A stretch of 64,000 nt of DNA from Eledone cirrhosa (lineage: Eukaryota): NCBI GenBank assembly GCA_964016885.1, contig OZ024742.1:52576001-52640000 (forward strand). Reading direction: 5' to 3'. The notes beneath the pieces were generated by a model. The model worked only from the letters and a program-made list of their open reading frames with translations. It did not search any database and was not told the DNA's origin. The position numbers were made by a program, and so were the translations under genes. Of the stretch, positions 31,239-45,929 are shown in pieces; the first letter of the stretch is position 1; each line of letters opens with the position of its first letter.

Positions 31239-31311
<73 letters not shown>

Positions 31312-32067
31312 TAAAAATTAGCGAGAATCGAATTTCAGCTCGGGAATTAACGAAAAACACTTCCGAGTTGTGTGGCAAGCGCTCGATAATTCATATGAAT
31401 TAGAGCTTACAACTTACGTTAAAGGCAAAACACACTGAGATGGTGGTTAAACCAATCATCCGCACAACGAAAAATCGACCGCCTAATTCGGGTCAAACAG
31501 ATATACAAATATAAAAATATATAAAAATGTATATGGTTCAAAAATTTACCCGGACCCCTGGAGAGATGGTAAAATCCAGTATTTGGGTTTCTGCGGCTCC
31601 ATAAGTCTTTTACTGTCCACTTACATAAAGGATGTTAGGCTTCTGGTATTATGACCGGACTCGGAGTACGCGTTGTCAACGGGATTCAGTTCGAATGTCC
31701 ACATAAATGTGTCTGTAACTGACCCCACGTGGGGTTCAGCAAGGGAGGCAACACCTATATTAGGCGAATGAATTCAGTTGTGTATAATATTGCGAAAATG
31801 CAAAATATCACAAATCGAATAAAGTTCTCGACAGAGTGGTTAAATATAACAAAGCTATTCAACAGTCAATAGAATATATATATATATACAATATATAGAG
31901 GGGAAAGACACAGAAGAGTGTGTTTTTCATTACAGGAATTTCAAACCACCAGCGTGAAGAGAATATAAGCTACTAGAGGCAGAGGTAAAACATTAAAATT
32001 AAAAGTATAAATTGAAATGAGAAACCAACCTCTCCTAAATCACACATGTACACAACACACTCACCAG

Positions 32068-32124
32068 GAGCATGTTTCGCCATTTTAGTGGGTTCCAATA
32101 TGGCCCGGTGGATCATCAGCATGT
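32068..32124 (-). ncRNA. Partial hammerhead-like motif in a PLE-type stub (~31885-32210)
   Basis: Minus strand: CTGATGA-TCCA..TGGC-GAAA-CATG; UH site and stem I not intact. Confidence 0.4.
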
Positions 32125-32629
32125 GGAAGGCCGATATTGTCCGCACTACTAGAGATAACTATATGTTGTATTTTAAAGTGCCCAGCAAAACTATTTCCTT
32201 TGAGCTAATTTAATTACAGGATTTTTGCGTGCAATCGTTCTCCACGGTCCACGTATGACGTATTATCTTCGGTTTTTCCGTTCATTGCCAGAGAACGTCT
32301 CTATGAACAACCTAAGAGAATATTAGTCTACGACTTCTTTTATACCATAAACGTGGTTCTGTCTTTGCGTGTAATTGTTTTTCTCCGCTCCAAATAATGA
32401 CGTATTATATTCGTTTTTTTCCCGTTCTTTGCCAGGGAACGCTTCCACGAACCAAAGTATCGGCTTCCTGTCTTCCTCCGGTTGCAACGTTTTTTAAAAT
32501 ATTCACTTCTGCGTTCACAGATTGACTTAGTTAGTTTCAGAAGATCCCGTTAAGGGTGAAAGCAGCGATTCTTTGCTTAAACTTTAATCTTTGCTTAAAC
32601 TTTAATCACATAAAAATATATGTATACAC

Positions 32630-33289
<660 letters not shown>

Positions 33290-34724
33290 TTAAAATAACA
33301 GATTAAAGTTTAAGCAAAGAATCGCTGCTTCCACCCTTAACGGGATTTTCTGAAACTAAAAAAATTAATGTGTGAACGCAGAAGTATATATTTCGTAAAA
33401 TGTTGCAACCGAAAGAAGAGAGAGAGACGATACTTTGGTTCGTGGAGACGTTCCCTGACAATGAATGAAAAAAGTGAAGATAATACGTCATTATTTGGAG
33501 CGTTGAGAACAATTACACGCAAAGACAAAACCCCGTTTATGGTATAAATGAAGTCGTAAACTAATATTCTATTTAGGTGGTTCGTGGAGGCGTTCCCTGG
33601 CAATAAACGGGGTAAAAACGTAGATAATACGTTATTATGTGGACCGATGAGAACAATTACACGCAAAGACAAAACCACGTTTATGGTATAAATGAAGTCG
33701 TAGACTAAGATTCTATTTAGGAAACCGAATGATTCTTGGCTTAGGTCGCATTAACCCGTCTTTTATTATTCAAAAAATTTCTCGCCAATAAACATTAACT
33801 CTTTGTCCGCCATTCATCTAACTGTAGACCAACAAATACCAACTAAACGGAACATTGACAAGAACGATGGCAAATGAATCTTCCAGGTAAGCAGTTTCCT
33901 CCCGAGCTGTTAGTTCACGCGGGATTCTCTGCTACACCTTTTCGTAATAATACCGAACAACGTACTGCTGGTCACTCCTTCCTCCAAAAGCCGTACAAAG
34001 CGGACATGTGCATCAGGTAGATGGATCGAATGCACATCGACACCAGGCCTACGCAAGAAATTCGCAAGGGATAGTACCGAGAGGGATAGAGAGAAAGTGT
34101 AACTTAGTGGAAAGAGTGCGAATGAACTTTTGAGGTAAGTAGCCTACGCCTTACTGCTATGACACTGGAACCTGCTGCCAACTTAACCTGTGACTTTCTC
34201 TTTTACATTTACTCCAAAGGGCCAAAACAGAGGAGTATGAAAAGAAGGGCTCAACAATATTTCTATGAACAATGCACGTAGACAGCTAAACTGTACTTTC
34301 CACTTCTTAATTTTCTCCAAATAAAACAAGTTTCCTGTCTGTATATTTTCGTGAGTTTTTAACAGGCACTCACAAATAAACGTTTCTCATTGGAGGTGCT
34401 ATTACCAATGTTCTTACCCGTGCAACGCCGGGATACACTTCTAGTAAATCAATAACAATAACAAACCTATATCGGGCAAATAGCCTATGATACCCGAACA
34501 GATGTAAATCTGTTTCGCAAGGATTATTAAGTGAAAGCTTTCCTCTCCTCTATTTTGAGTTTCTAACTTAATCTATGATATTCTCGGCTCCGTATGTAGA
34601 GCTAACTTTATTCTCATAAACCCAGCTGCTATTTTTAGCTGCATGAGTATGAGACGCGTTAGGCCCTGTAACATGTGCGTTTCCCCTTTTCCTTCTCTTC
34701 TGTCTCTCTCTCTCTCTCTCTCTA

Positions 34725-34785
<61 letters not shown>

Positions 34786-35864
34786 TCCTGTCTCTCCCCC
34801 ACGTGTCATCCGTTTTTATCGTCATATTTCTAAACATCTCTCTATCTAAATCCCCCTCATTCCCGGCTTCATTCCCTTGTTCTCTTTCAATTTTCGTTGT
34901 TTTTGATTTTTTTTTGTTTGTTTCTTCTATTCGGCTCTCTTCCCTTCTCTCCCTCCCTCTCTGTTTCTCACTATCTTCCTTTCTATTTGTCTATCTATCT
35001 TTCTTTATACCCTTAGAGCTGGGCTTCTTTCGTACTCTTATTACAATTCACTTGTCTTAGAAAATGGTAATTCGAAGCTCTAGCGGTCACTTAACTTGTC
35101 AAGTATAGCTGCCGAACATGACTCAAGTCACAACCTATCTATCATAAAAAAAGGAAGAAATATTTGACAAAGTATTTCTAGATACACTATGCTTTGTATT
35201 ATCATAACTAGACTGCATTTCACCATAGGTTTACTCAATCAGAGTCCACCTTAGGGTAAACAATCACAATTACAATACGAAGACAATATAGAAATTTAGT
35301 AAATACACAAACCAACGGATATCACACCATTTTCTATTCCCAAAACGACTATTTTGTATTAATGATTGGCATAGCTATGTCGAATGTCGAACTGAAGCAA
35401 GCCTAACAGTTATGGAAATAAACTGACTTACCGATGGATTTATAAATATTATGACATTTAATGAATGTGTCCATCATTCATATTTGCAATTGCTGCACCT
35501 ACAGCTTGGAATGATATACAATAATTTCTATAAAGAAGTTGATGCATTTACTATAAGTATCGACACGTTCCGGAAATAGCAATATTAGTTTCTGAAGGTA
35601 TTATTACACCATTCTTTTCACAAAGCATTTGTTCACGTAGAATACCTGTCCATATGATTTTAGTGTAAGATGAAAACAACTTAAATCTATAATATAATAA
35701 GGGGGGGGGGGGTCCGTTTTATTTATTTTTAACCCCGTTAGTAAAATAAGCTGGATTACTTTGAATAAATGATGAATGAATGTTATATAATTTATCTACT
35801 AAATTTTGTAACACATGATTAAACATAAATAATTTAAAGTATTGCTTATTTCAAGATTCACTGC

Positions 35865-36730
35865 TTCGTTTCTGAATTTGTTTAGCAAGATTCTTTATTT
35901 GAAAACGTGTGTTGAAACCAATATTGTTATGCTTTGGGAGGGTCATGTTGCCAATAAGAAACACACGCACCAGTTGCTTTCACTTCAATTTATTATAAAT
36001 TAAATTTATAAATTTAGGAATTTTAAAATTTTCGGTTGGTTGGTTGGTTCCACAACCAGACGATTGTTCATATATTGTCAAAGTTCTTTCGTCACACATT
36101 CTGTGACCTCTTCAGTGACTGGGGATTATTTTCTTTGTTTGTGTGCCTCTCCTTCGTTCTGTCCTACGCCATCTTGTTTGTGTGTGTGTTGTGTGCTTAG
36201 TTTGCGCATGTGTTATATCCGGGTGTCTGCGTGTGTTTTTATTTGTTTATTTATTTGTTTATTTACATGTTACTGGTTGGTTGTTTGTTCTATGTGTGTG
36301 TGTGTTTTCATTTTGTCCTTAATTATAAGTTGTAATGTTGCTGTTCCATTCATGTTTTCTATTTAATTTTGGTTGGACTTCATTTATGTTTATTGCCTCT
36401 GTGATTTGTCTAAACATTGCGTCTTTTCTGTGTGTAGATTCTATTTTTATTTCTATGTTCTCTAATTTACCCTTATGTTCTATTTTAGCATGTTGGTGGA
36501 GTACAGATGATTCTTTACTATCTTGAAGCTCTCGCCAGTGTTCATTTATCCGTTCCCCTATACTACGAGCTGTCTCACCTATGTACACTATATTCTTATC
36601 TCTACATTGTCCCTCAGTACATCTTATGCTATATACTACATTTCTAGTTTTACAGTTAATATGGGGGCTTAGTTTACAGATTATACATTTCTTATCTATA
36701 CAGGGAGGTCTTTGAAAATGGTATGTATTG
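35865..36730 (-). mobile_element. 3' fragment of a PLE (GIY-YIG end + pLTR), same family as 30117-31207, no inversion
   Basis: YIGETARSIGERINEH..RQITEAININEVQPKLNRK; intact HHR at 36077-36119. Confidence 0.85.
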
Positions 36731-36739
36731 CTAATAAGT

Positions 36740-36831
<92 letters not shown>

Positions 36832-36999
36832 AGAGAAAGACGAAGAGATTAGGATTTTTTTCAACACGCTGTCGCATATGTGTGTGTGTGTGTGCCTTGT
36901 ATATCGTGCATATACATACATTTATATGTATAAATAATATAATAATATAATGCTTACAGATGAAAACACAAATAAATATAATATATACAAAAGAAAGGG

Positions 37000-37670
37000 A
37001 AAGAAAAAAAGAAAGAAAAAAATACAGAAGGAGGTAACACACACCTAAGACCACATACAACAAAAGCTAGACGAAAGGGGTGGTCAAAGGAGCAGCTACC
37101 AGAGCTGCAAGGGGCACTGGGAAATCTCTCTAATAACTTTTGAGGCAAGCGAGCACATTCTCTGCGTAGCTTCGGGTGATGGCGAGGCTGACGTGCTGGA
37201 ACAACCAAGCACCCTCACAAGCATCATTAGTTACCTCGGTTAGGTGAGCCGCCAGTGAAGATAAAAACCTGACAGTCAGTAGTTCGATTCCCCCAAACGT
37301 CTCGAACGCCACTGCCTGGAAAATGTAGTAAGCCGACAGATCACTGTATTTTAGGATTTTATTCCGTTCGGCTGCAGATGCACTAGCTCACGCCCTTACC
37401 ACTGCATCCAGGATCAGGGAAGATGCAAAGGAGTCACTAACTGTGGCGTCTCAGATAAGGGACCTTCCTCTTGACCAGGGGCCCAGGGTAAGACCGTCAG
37501 GTCTTCTCCCATCAAGACCTCGAGCAAGATAGTTGGATAACATCCATGAGCCTGATCATGCTTTGGAATCCAGCTGGATCAGTTAGAGATGTTTGATTCT
37601 GAAAGACTCGCTGAAAGGATCGTTAAAGAATGATGTCCGACGCTCTACCGATACTGCCAATTCCCCACTC
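37000..37670 (-). mobile_element. 3' fragment of a CRE-clade RLE retrotransposon
   Basis: [43 protein letters not shown]. Confidence 0.7.
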
Positions 37671-37671
37671 T

Positions 37672-38920
37672 TAATAATAATAATATTATTTATTGGCCAC
37701 AAGAGACTATATGTAGGGGATAATACAAAAAGACAGAGACAGTGGCGGTTTTACATAAATCAACATGTAAACAAAATAAATAACAAAAACAAAATAACAA
37801 GAAAATACAACAATTACAATCCCTCAATAGGGGGGATAATCACCCAGGAGCGACTTGGATACCCCACCAATCCTGAACCACCCGACGCTTCATGTACACC
37901 AAAGAAGGATACGCCTCTCCTCCACAAATTAGCCAGGTGCATGCTCAAATCAGGTCTATTCACAGGCGCCACTCTCACCACATTCACCCACCTTTCAGCA
38001 AATGTAATGGGGGGGGCATCACTTTTCTCTCCACCCCCACCTTCCTTTCCAAGTAAAACTTGAAACGGTCGAGGAGAGATTGGCCGAAGAGAAAAGTGTC
38101 TGCCTTCAGTCCTTTCACCCTAGTCCACCACACAACCTCTTTCGCTACCGCCACCATACAGAGGAAATTTGCATGTACTTCCCGGCCAAAAGAAGGTGGT
38201 GGGATGATATCAATAATGGACTCGGTCGATAGCCGGATCCATTCTACAGGTGACAACAGCTGTTGGACATAACTCCACGAGTCAGCAATGCACAGACACA
38301 TGACGAGTGCGTACAGAAGGGTTTCTTCGCTTCCTCTCGGCCCATTTCTGTGTGAGAGTGGCTACTCTGATCGTGACATGGTCCCAATCCTTATCCACCT
38401 GGAGTTCTGGTCCGAACCAAACCCCGAGCAACTTTACCTCACAGAACTGTGAATGCTACTGTTCTGCTGCCAGTTGCAGTGGAGCGCTTTGAGAAGATCT
38501 GAGAACAAGTCTGACATATCTACGTAAAGCTCGTAGGGCAGACCATCCAAACTGGGTGACATGCGCCTCGTGAAGTCGATTAGGGCATCCCGAATTTCGG
38601 CCGAAGTTATCGGTCTTTCGCAGCGCTCAGCATCGGCCGTGGAGAGACGCTGTATGCCGTTGAGGTAGGGACTGAATTCGGCCACCTTCTCCGATCCGCC
38701 ACTCCCCCCTAACAGCCGTGCAAAGTGCTGGCGAAAGGCCTCACACATTTGCCTTGAATCGTTCAGCTCGAGTCCATCTCGGTCCATCAAAGACCAAATC
38801 TTGGTTTTGTTGATACGCTGCGCCTTTGCAATGCGGGCCCATCGAACAGCTTTTGTTCCCTCGTTTCTTAGAGCACGCGCCTTAGCTCACCATGCAGCCT
38901 TCGTGTTTAGCATTGAAAAA
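37672..38920 (-). mobile_element. Internally deleted L1/Tx1-clade LINE fragment
   Basis: CERPITSAEIRDAL..SPSLDGLPYELY; 3' end AATAAA plus (TAT)n. Confidence 0.65.
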
Positions 38921-39479
38921 TAAAACCTCTGTTGTTGTTCTTGGTGCAGTTGGTGTTGTTGTCTTTGTTTTCTAGACTTCTATCGATTTTGCTGTTGGTG
39001 CTGTCGCTGTTCATTTTTTTTTTTTTGTTAATTTCGTTATTGCTTTTGTTGTCATAGTTTCTTTCGTCTTTTTTTTTGTGCTGTTCCTGTTGTTTTTTAT
39101 GCTGACATTACTGCCTAAATGTGTGTTAAGGGCAGTGTTGTTTAGCTAAACGCCTGCATCTCTGTCACAGGACAGCAGACTCAAAGTTGTGAGAGGAGGG
39201 CGTGGCTCCACCATGTTTATTTTTTTAAACAAAATGCCTAAAAACAAAGTTTAAATATGTATTTGGGGCCCACGGCCAAAATATTATGGGATCGTCTTTA
39301 CACAAGGCAAAGACGGGTGTCTTAAGACCCCTGTGTCACAAAAATACAATTAAATACGATAAAATAAAGTACCAGTCACGTACTGGGGTCGATTTAATTG
39401 ACTTTCCCCTCCCCCCAAAATTGCGGTCCTTGTGCCTATATAAGAAACCATTATTTTGGTTAACAAAATGATCCTGGAA

Positions 39480-40440
39480 TTTGTCATAATAGACAAAAAT
39501 CTATCAAATTCTTTGACAGATTACAAAAAAAGTATTTGATAGTTTACCACACAGTAGAATTGGAAATTTCCTCAGAGATTTTCAAAATAACTCCTATTAT
39601 CAGGAAGATCCTATCATTCAATATGAAATCATAAGAAATAATTCTCATTTGTAACAGTGAAAACAAATCTCTAAATCCTGAATAAGTTTACATTACATTC
39701 TTCAAGCAGACTCTTTATATTGACCATACATATAGCCTTAACTAAACGTGGGTATAGAGCTTATGAGAAACTATAAATCACTTGTTCTACATATATGATA
39801 TGAAGTTATTTGCAAAAAATGACAATGATATTAAAATGGAACTAGGACTAAATAAGTGCGCCGACGGCACGTGCGTCAGCGGTAAGCTGTCGAAAATTTC
39901 AGATATTAGTCGTGATAAGAGAGCTTCCACAAGAAATTTATCTTGAATATCATTCTGTTATAAATATGATTTTAAGAAGATAATGTGCACATGTATAAAG
40001 CAAATGATATATTGTAACTTTGTAAAGTGAGTGACGTGTAACATCTGAGGTGATTATTTTTGTAACTTATGAATGAGTACAGTGAGTTTCCCTGCCCAAG
40101 GTGTCGGAAAGACACTCGACAAGATAAGAAAAAGAAATAACTGAGGGAATTCGAAAAATACAAACAATAATAATAATAACAAACCATTTTAATACAAAAA
40201 TAAACATGAGAGAATGTGGCAGTATAGCCACTGGAAACTATGTAAAACTGTTATCAACACCATCCAGATAAGGTATAGAAATTGGTAATGCCATAATATT
40301 ATGGTATTTCACAATACATATTGACAGGACAATCAAAGCCAATAGACAAAATAACAATGTGTTTCAAAATATAAAGGACCATAGCTAATTGATAAAAAAA
40401 TAAATAAACATGAAATGAGGGGTTGAGAACACTACACAAT
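39480..40440 (+). mobile_element. Very old R4-clade RLE element remnant
   Basis: Decayed DYKK.FDSLPH, FQ.DSL, NHLFY..DMKLFAKND, DRTIKANR. Confidence 0.55.
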
Positions 40441-40446
40441 ATATAC

Positions 40447-42331
40447 AGGGCAACCCAAAAGTTCTTTTGCAAAGGTTAAACAATGTATTTCAGCCAAATC
40501 TGAACCAATTTACTTGAAAACTTGTACACTATTTTATAACATTTTCAGCAATGTTACAGCAAAGCATTATTCAATAGTGGACAGGGCGGTGGATTGGCAG
40601 TATCGGTAGAGGGTCGGACGCCATGCTTTCCAGCATAGTTACGTCCCTTTACGATCTGAGTTCAAATCCCGCCGAGGTTGACTTTGCCTTTCATCCTTAC
40701 GGGGTCGATAAAATAAAGTACCAGTAATGCACTGGGTAATTTCTGGCCTTGTGCCAAAAGTAGAAACAATTATTCAATAGTGGATTGGCAGTATCAGTAG
40801 AGGGTCGGACGCCATGCTTTCCAGCATAGTTACGTCCCTTTACGATCTGAGTTCAAATCCCGCCGAGGTTGACTTTGCCTTTCATCCTTACGGGGTCGAT
40901 AAAATAAAGTACCAGTAATGCACTGGGTAATTTCTGGCCTTGTGCCAAAAGTAGAAACAATTATTCAATAGTGGATTGGCAGTATCAGTAGAGGGTCGGA
41001 CGCCATGCTTTCCAGCATAGTTACGTCCCTTTACGATCTGAGTTCAAATCCCGCCAAGGATGACTTTGCCTTTCATCCTTACGGGGTCGATAAAATAAAG
41101 TACCAGTAATGCACTGGGTAATTGCTGGCCTTGTGCCTAAAGTAGAAACAATTATTCAATAAATCTACCTTGTTTCTTTATTACAGCCTTACGTCTACCA
41201 GTCACTGCTTCAACAGCGGCATACAAGAGTTCTAATGGTATTTTATCCCACTCACGCTTCAGAGACCTCTTCAAAGCCGTTGCTGAACGATGACATTTAA
41301 CACAAGCATTGGTCTCAAATTTGGACCAAATGTTAAAGTTCATTGGTTGAGGTCTGGGCTTGAGGAAGGCCTTTCTTCCTTGGATAATAAATCTGAGATA
41401 TTGACGTGAAGCCACCTGTTGGCAGTGTGGGCAGGTGCTCCTTCCTCTTGAAAGAGAAAGCGATGACCGTGGAAAAATTCTTTGCTCAAATTTGTCACCA
41501 CAGGCTCAAGAATGAGTTCTTCATAGCTTGCAAGCCTTGATTTTAGCTCCTTCAGGAATAAAAACAAGATGAGTTTTCCCTGTCGAAGACACTCCAGTCC
41601 AAACCATCACAGATAAGGGTTTTTGAGTACGGTGGATATTTCTTGTATCCTCTGGATATGACTAAGTATTTTCTTCAGGGAACCTGTCATTTGGCTGCTG
41701 TGAGATTCTTCAACAATGAATAACCTCTCGTCTGTGAAGAGCACATTGTCCAAGCCGTGAGTATCGAGCTGCACAAGCAGTATACGACTTCTTGCAAGTT
41801 TCATTCCCTTTGAAGTAGTTGTTAGACTGTGAACGTTTCGACGTGAATGAAGCATGTCCCAAGTCGCTTTTGACAACTATCCTCAAAAATTATCTTGAAC
41901 CTCTCAGTTCAGCAGCCATCTTTCTCATGGAGCACCTTGGATTTCTGTGCACTCTGGAACTGATGATTTACTTGAACCTGGCACTCCTAACTTACCAGGA
42001 ACGTCCTGTTCTTGCTCTAACTTGAACTCCTCCAGTGTCCCTGAATTGATTGATGTTTCTATAGATGAACATTCGCTTTGTTTTCGATTTATTGAGAAGA
42101 TACAAAATATCTGATGGTGACTCGCCAGCTTGATGTAGCTCAACCACAGCAGATCATTCAGGGTCCCTTCTAAATTTGGACAAAACTATATCTCTTAGCT
42201 TAAAGATGAGTTCAGAACCTGAGAGAAGACAAAATAATCTTTAAAACGATATAAAATAAAGATAAAATTTCCATTTTTTTATGTTAAACTAAGAACTTCA
42301 AAAAATGTAACAGAATATTTGGGTCACCCTG
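40447..42331 (-). mobile_element. Tc1/mariner-superfamily (maT/DD37D-like) transposon relic
   Basis: Imperfect TIRs TA-CAGGGCAACCCAAAA / TTTTGGGTCACCCTG-TA; transposase pieces VLFTDE, FQEEGAPAHT, PSSSPDLN, NIWS..LKRSLKREWDKIP. Confidence 0.82.
40566..41161 (+). mobile_element. Three tandem Meta-domain tRNA SINE copies (191-bp period) inside the mariner relic
   Basis: B box GAGTTCAAATCC, GCCTTTCATCCTTACGGGGTCGATAAAATAAAGTACC; ATTATTCAATA at 40566, 40769, 40960 and 41151. Confidence 0.85.
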
Positions 42332-42964
42332 TATATGAACGTCACAAATATATTTTATTTTGATTAAATATACAGAATAAATCTGAAATCATACAAAACT
42401 TCAAAATCAGCTTTAAATGATTTACACTCAAGACCGTAGGGTAAGATTAGCATAACTCATCGACATGCATCATAATTCTTTCTAATATTGGCGCAAGGCC
42501 AGCAAAGTGGGTTAAGGAGGAAAAGTCGATTACATTAACCTAATACAAAACTAGTATTTTACCGAATTTGGAAGGATGAACTTCGAACTCAAAACGTAGA
42601 TAGTCGCAGCTAAATACCACTAAGAATTTTGTTCGACGACTTAGTGATTTTGACAATCCACCGCCACAAGCCTTGTGGAAGCAAATTTTCTGTAAACATC
42701 CCAAAGATGGTTTCGCTGTACAGTTCAGCTTTTTTCAAAACAATTTCTTTTCTAAGGTTGCCTTGTAACCAAGATAATGCAGAGATTTCCCCGATTTCTG
42801 AAAAAGCAGTATCTATATTCTACTGCAGTGTGTTTACTGATATTATTTTCAAAATTTTATTGAATATGACATTGTACATGACCTTGGTTTATGACACTTT
42901 TGTTCTTTGCTGAACAAAAGTGTCGTAAATTTTTCAACGATTAGATTTACTCCCGGTCAAAATA

Positions 42965-43190
42965 ATTAACGTACTAGATTTACGACCATATTTTCGATTC
43001 CTGGACCGGATTTAGTTTTGTGTTCTTGAGCAAAACAATTCAATTCCCGTTGCTCCAGTAAAGACAATTGAAAATTAATACCAGCTGTACTTCTGTGGGT
43101 TACTTCTGTGATGGACTACTGTCCTACCCAAGGGAGCATATTGTACTCTCAGTTACTTAGCCTAAGGAATCTGGATAAAGAGCGACCAAA
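42965..43190 (+). mobile_element. Decayed CORE-type SINE
   Basis: TTCGATTCCTGGACCGG..CTTGAGCAAAAC..GTTGCTCCAG. Confidence 0.55.
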
Positions 43191-43206
43191 TAAGCTATTA
43201 ATATTT

Positions 43207-43398
43207 TTGTTTCTACTTTTGGCACAAGACCAGCAATTATCCCAGTGCATTATTGATGCTTTATTTTATCGACCCCGTAAGGATGCAATGCAAAGTTAAC
43301 CTCGGCAGGATTTGAACCCAGACCGAAAAGGGACGTGACTCTATTGTTGCAAAGCATGGCCCCCGACTCTCTACCGATTCTGCCAATCCATCGCCCTT
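43207..43398 (-). mobile_element. Meta-domain SINE, single copy
   Basis: Reverse complement of the 40580-40770 unit, diverged. Confidence 0.8.
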
Positions 43399-43814
43399 TA
43401 TATATTGTGACACTTTTAGCAACCTTTCACCATATCATAAACACACGATAACACACACATACATACGCATACAGAACCACATAAAAGTTTTAAGTAACAT
43501 AAAACTACATTTACCTTAAGTCAAAATAATTGAAAAACATAAAATGACAATCAATTAAGTAAATATTTCGCTAAAGTAATACTACCTTGTAAAGCAAGAA
43601 GCATGCTTACATTCCTATATGCCATTCCTCCCTGTCGCTCTTTATTTTTGCTTTCTGCTTCTATTCTTCGTTCTCTTTAATTTAACCCTCACAACACGTG
43701 TTAATTAATTAGGAATAATTAAATATTCCCCAGTAATCAGTTGAGTAGTTTAGCCGATCGTTGATTTTATTTTCATTTTTTCTGTATACTGTGAAATTCT
43801 ATAAGTAAAGTGAT

Positions 43815-43892
<78 letters not shown>

Positions 43893-43895
<3 letters not shown>

Positions 43896-44510
43896 CATCA
43901 TTCATCATTCATTCGTCGACTACTGTCGAGATGACGGATCTCACTCTCATGCCCCAGAATTCAGGAACCCCGGTGCAGTTAGTTGCGAAATCCATCATCT
44001 TTTCAAATAGCTAATAATGTGTGTGGGCGCCACTACTACACACATGTGAAAGAATTTGACAGCCAAGTCTTGAAGAAGGTGCTTTCTCCTCCGTGTGGTG
44101 GGTTACCCGGTGCCAGATACCAACCTGGCATTTATACCCTCGCCCAAATTGTTCGTGTTGCAAGCACTAGAGTAGTCGCTAACCAAAGCTACGGACCCAC
44201 TCTATCCGTCTGGAGATACGTTGTACTAGCTTACCAGCATACTAGTAGCAGGAAGTTGACTTTTCCGGCACTGCAGCGCCTTTCGGCGGGCCGTGCTGGT
44301 TTTGGATGGCCATTGACTCCAAGAGCTCTTAAGAGCTCCCAGGAGTTCCTTTGCCCTTTGACAGGTTTTGTTTTTAGTCCTGCAGGATGTCCAAAGTCAC
44401 CCTCCTCACCAAGAAATCTTGGTGGGGTTGCCAGTTTAGTCGCCAACGACCCGACCATGAGACAGGTTGTACTGGGATACATGTTACCAGTAGCACCAAC
44501 TGGTGACCTA
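43893..44510 (-). mobile_element. Probable short non-autonomous RTE-like element
   Basis: Shares ~80 bp with 16821-16900; minus strand ends in a (TGA)n-like tail; no RT ORF. Confidence 0.4.
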
Positions 44511-44522
44511 TGTATATATATA

Positions 44523-44648
44523 CAGTGGTACCTTGGATCACGAACTTAATTCATTCCTGAAGACCATTCGACACCCGAAATATTCGTAATCCGAGACGTT
44601 TTATGTTCGGAAAATCGGAAAAATTGTTCGTGACCCATGGTTCCACAG
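44523..44648. mobile_element. 126-bp pogo/Tigger-type MITE
   Basis: TA-CAGTGGTACCTTGGATCACGAAC ... GTTCGTGACCCATGGTTCCACAG-TA. Confidence 0.75.
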
Positions 44649-44671
44649 TATAAATATATATATATATATAT

Positions 44672-44745
<74 letters not shown>

Positions 44746-44755
44746 AGGAGAGAGA

Positions 44756-44834
<79 letters not shown>

Positions 44835-45411
44835 AGAAAAACTCAACGCAAGAAAAGCTGTTAAAACAGCAAAATTCTGTCAATGACAGCGTCGGGTAAA
44901 AATTACGTCAAAGGACATAAATCAGGGGCTAGGAGTGTGTTGGCCCGCAAAGAAAGAAATCAGGGGCTAGGAGTGTGTTGGCCCGCACAAGTGATATCAA
45001 GAAAGAAATAAAGGAAAAATGAACGAGACAAGATCACACACACGTCTTTTGCCCTCAGCATCTCTCAGACCGGCTGTGATTTCGCACAACTTAATTGAAA
45101 GTACCACATAAAATTGCCAACCTGTGCAATAGAAAAATAAATATTGTTGGTATGATTTGCGCACGATAAAACAAACAAATTCAATAGACAGACAGATCAG
45201 AGAGAGCGAAGTAAATTGCGTCCTCTAGGCACAAAGTCACCGCAAGAAAGGACAAGAAAGGCCCTGAAGCGGCGGAATACATAGATATACATAAATATAT
45301 AGTTAAAAAGTAAACAAGACATCACAGAGATGCAAAAATACAGTCTTAGATTATCAAATATTAACATTTCTATACGCGTCTGTCATTCTATGTGTGTTCA
45401 TTCCACATATA

Positions 45412-45882
<471 letters not shown>

Positions 45883-45929
45883 GTGTATTTCCTCACATCA
45901 TTGTTATTATTTTCATGTTCTTATCGTTA

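Noticed and set aside
35430-35497. Minus-strand exon with a strong GTAAGT donor
   Set aside because: Stops in all three frames; no supporting evidence
40566-41161. Regularly spaced repeats as a CRISPR array
   Set aside because: Whole units are repeated with no unique spacers; eukaryotic SINE sequence; no cas genes
44919-44987. 31-bp direct repeat
   Set aside because: Only two copies; ordinary local duplication
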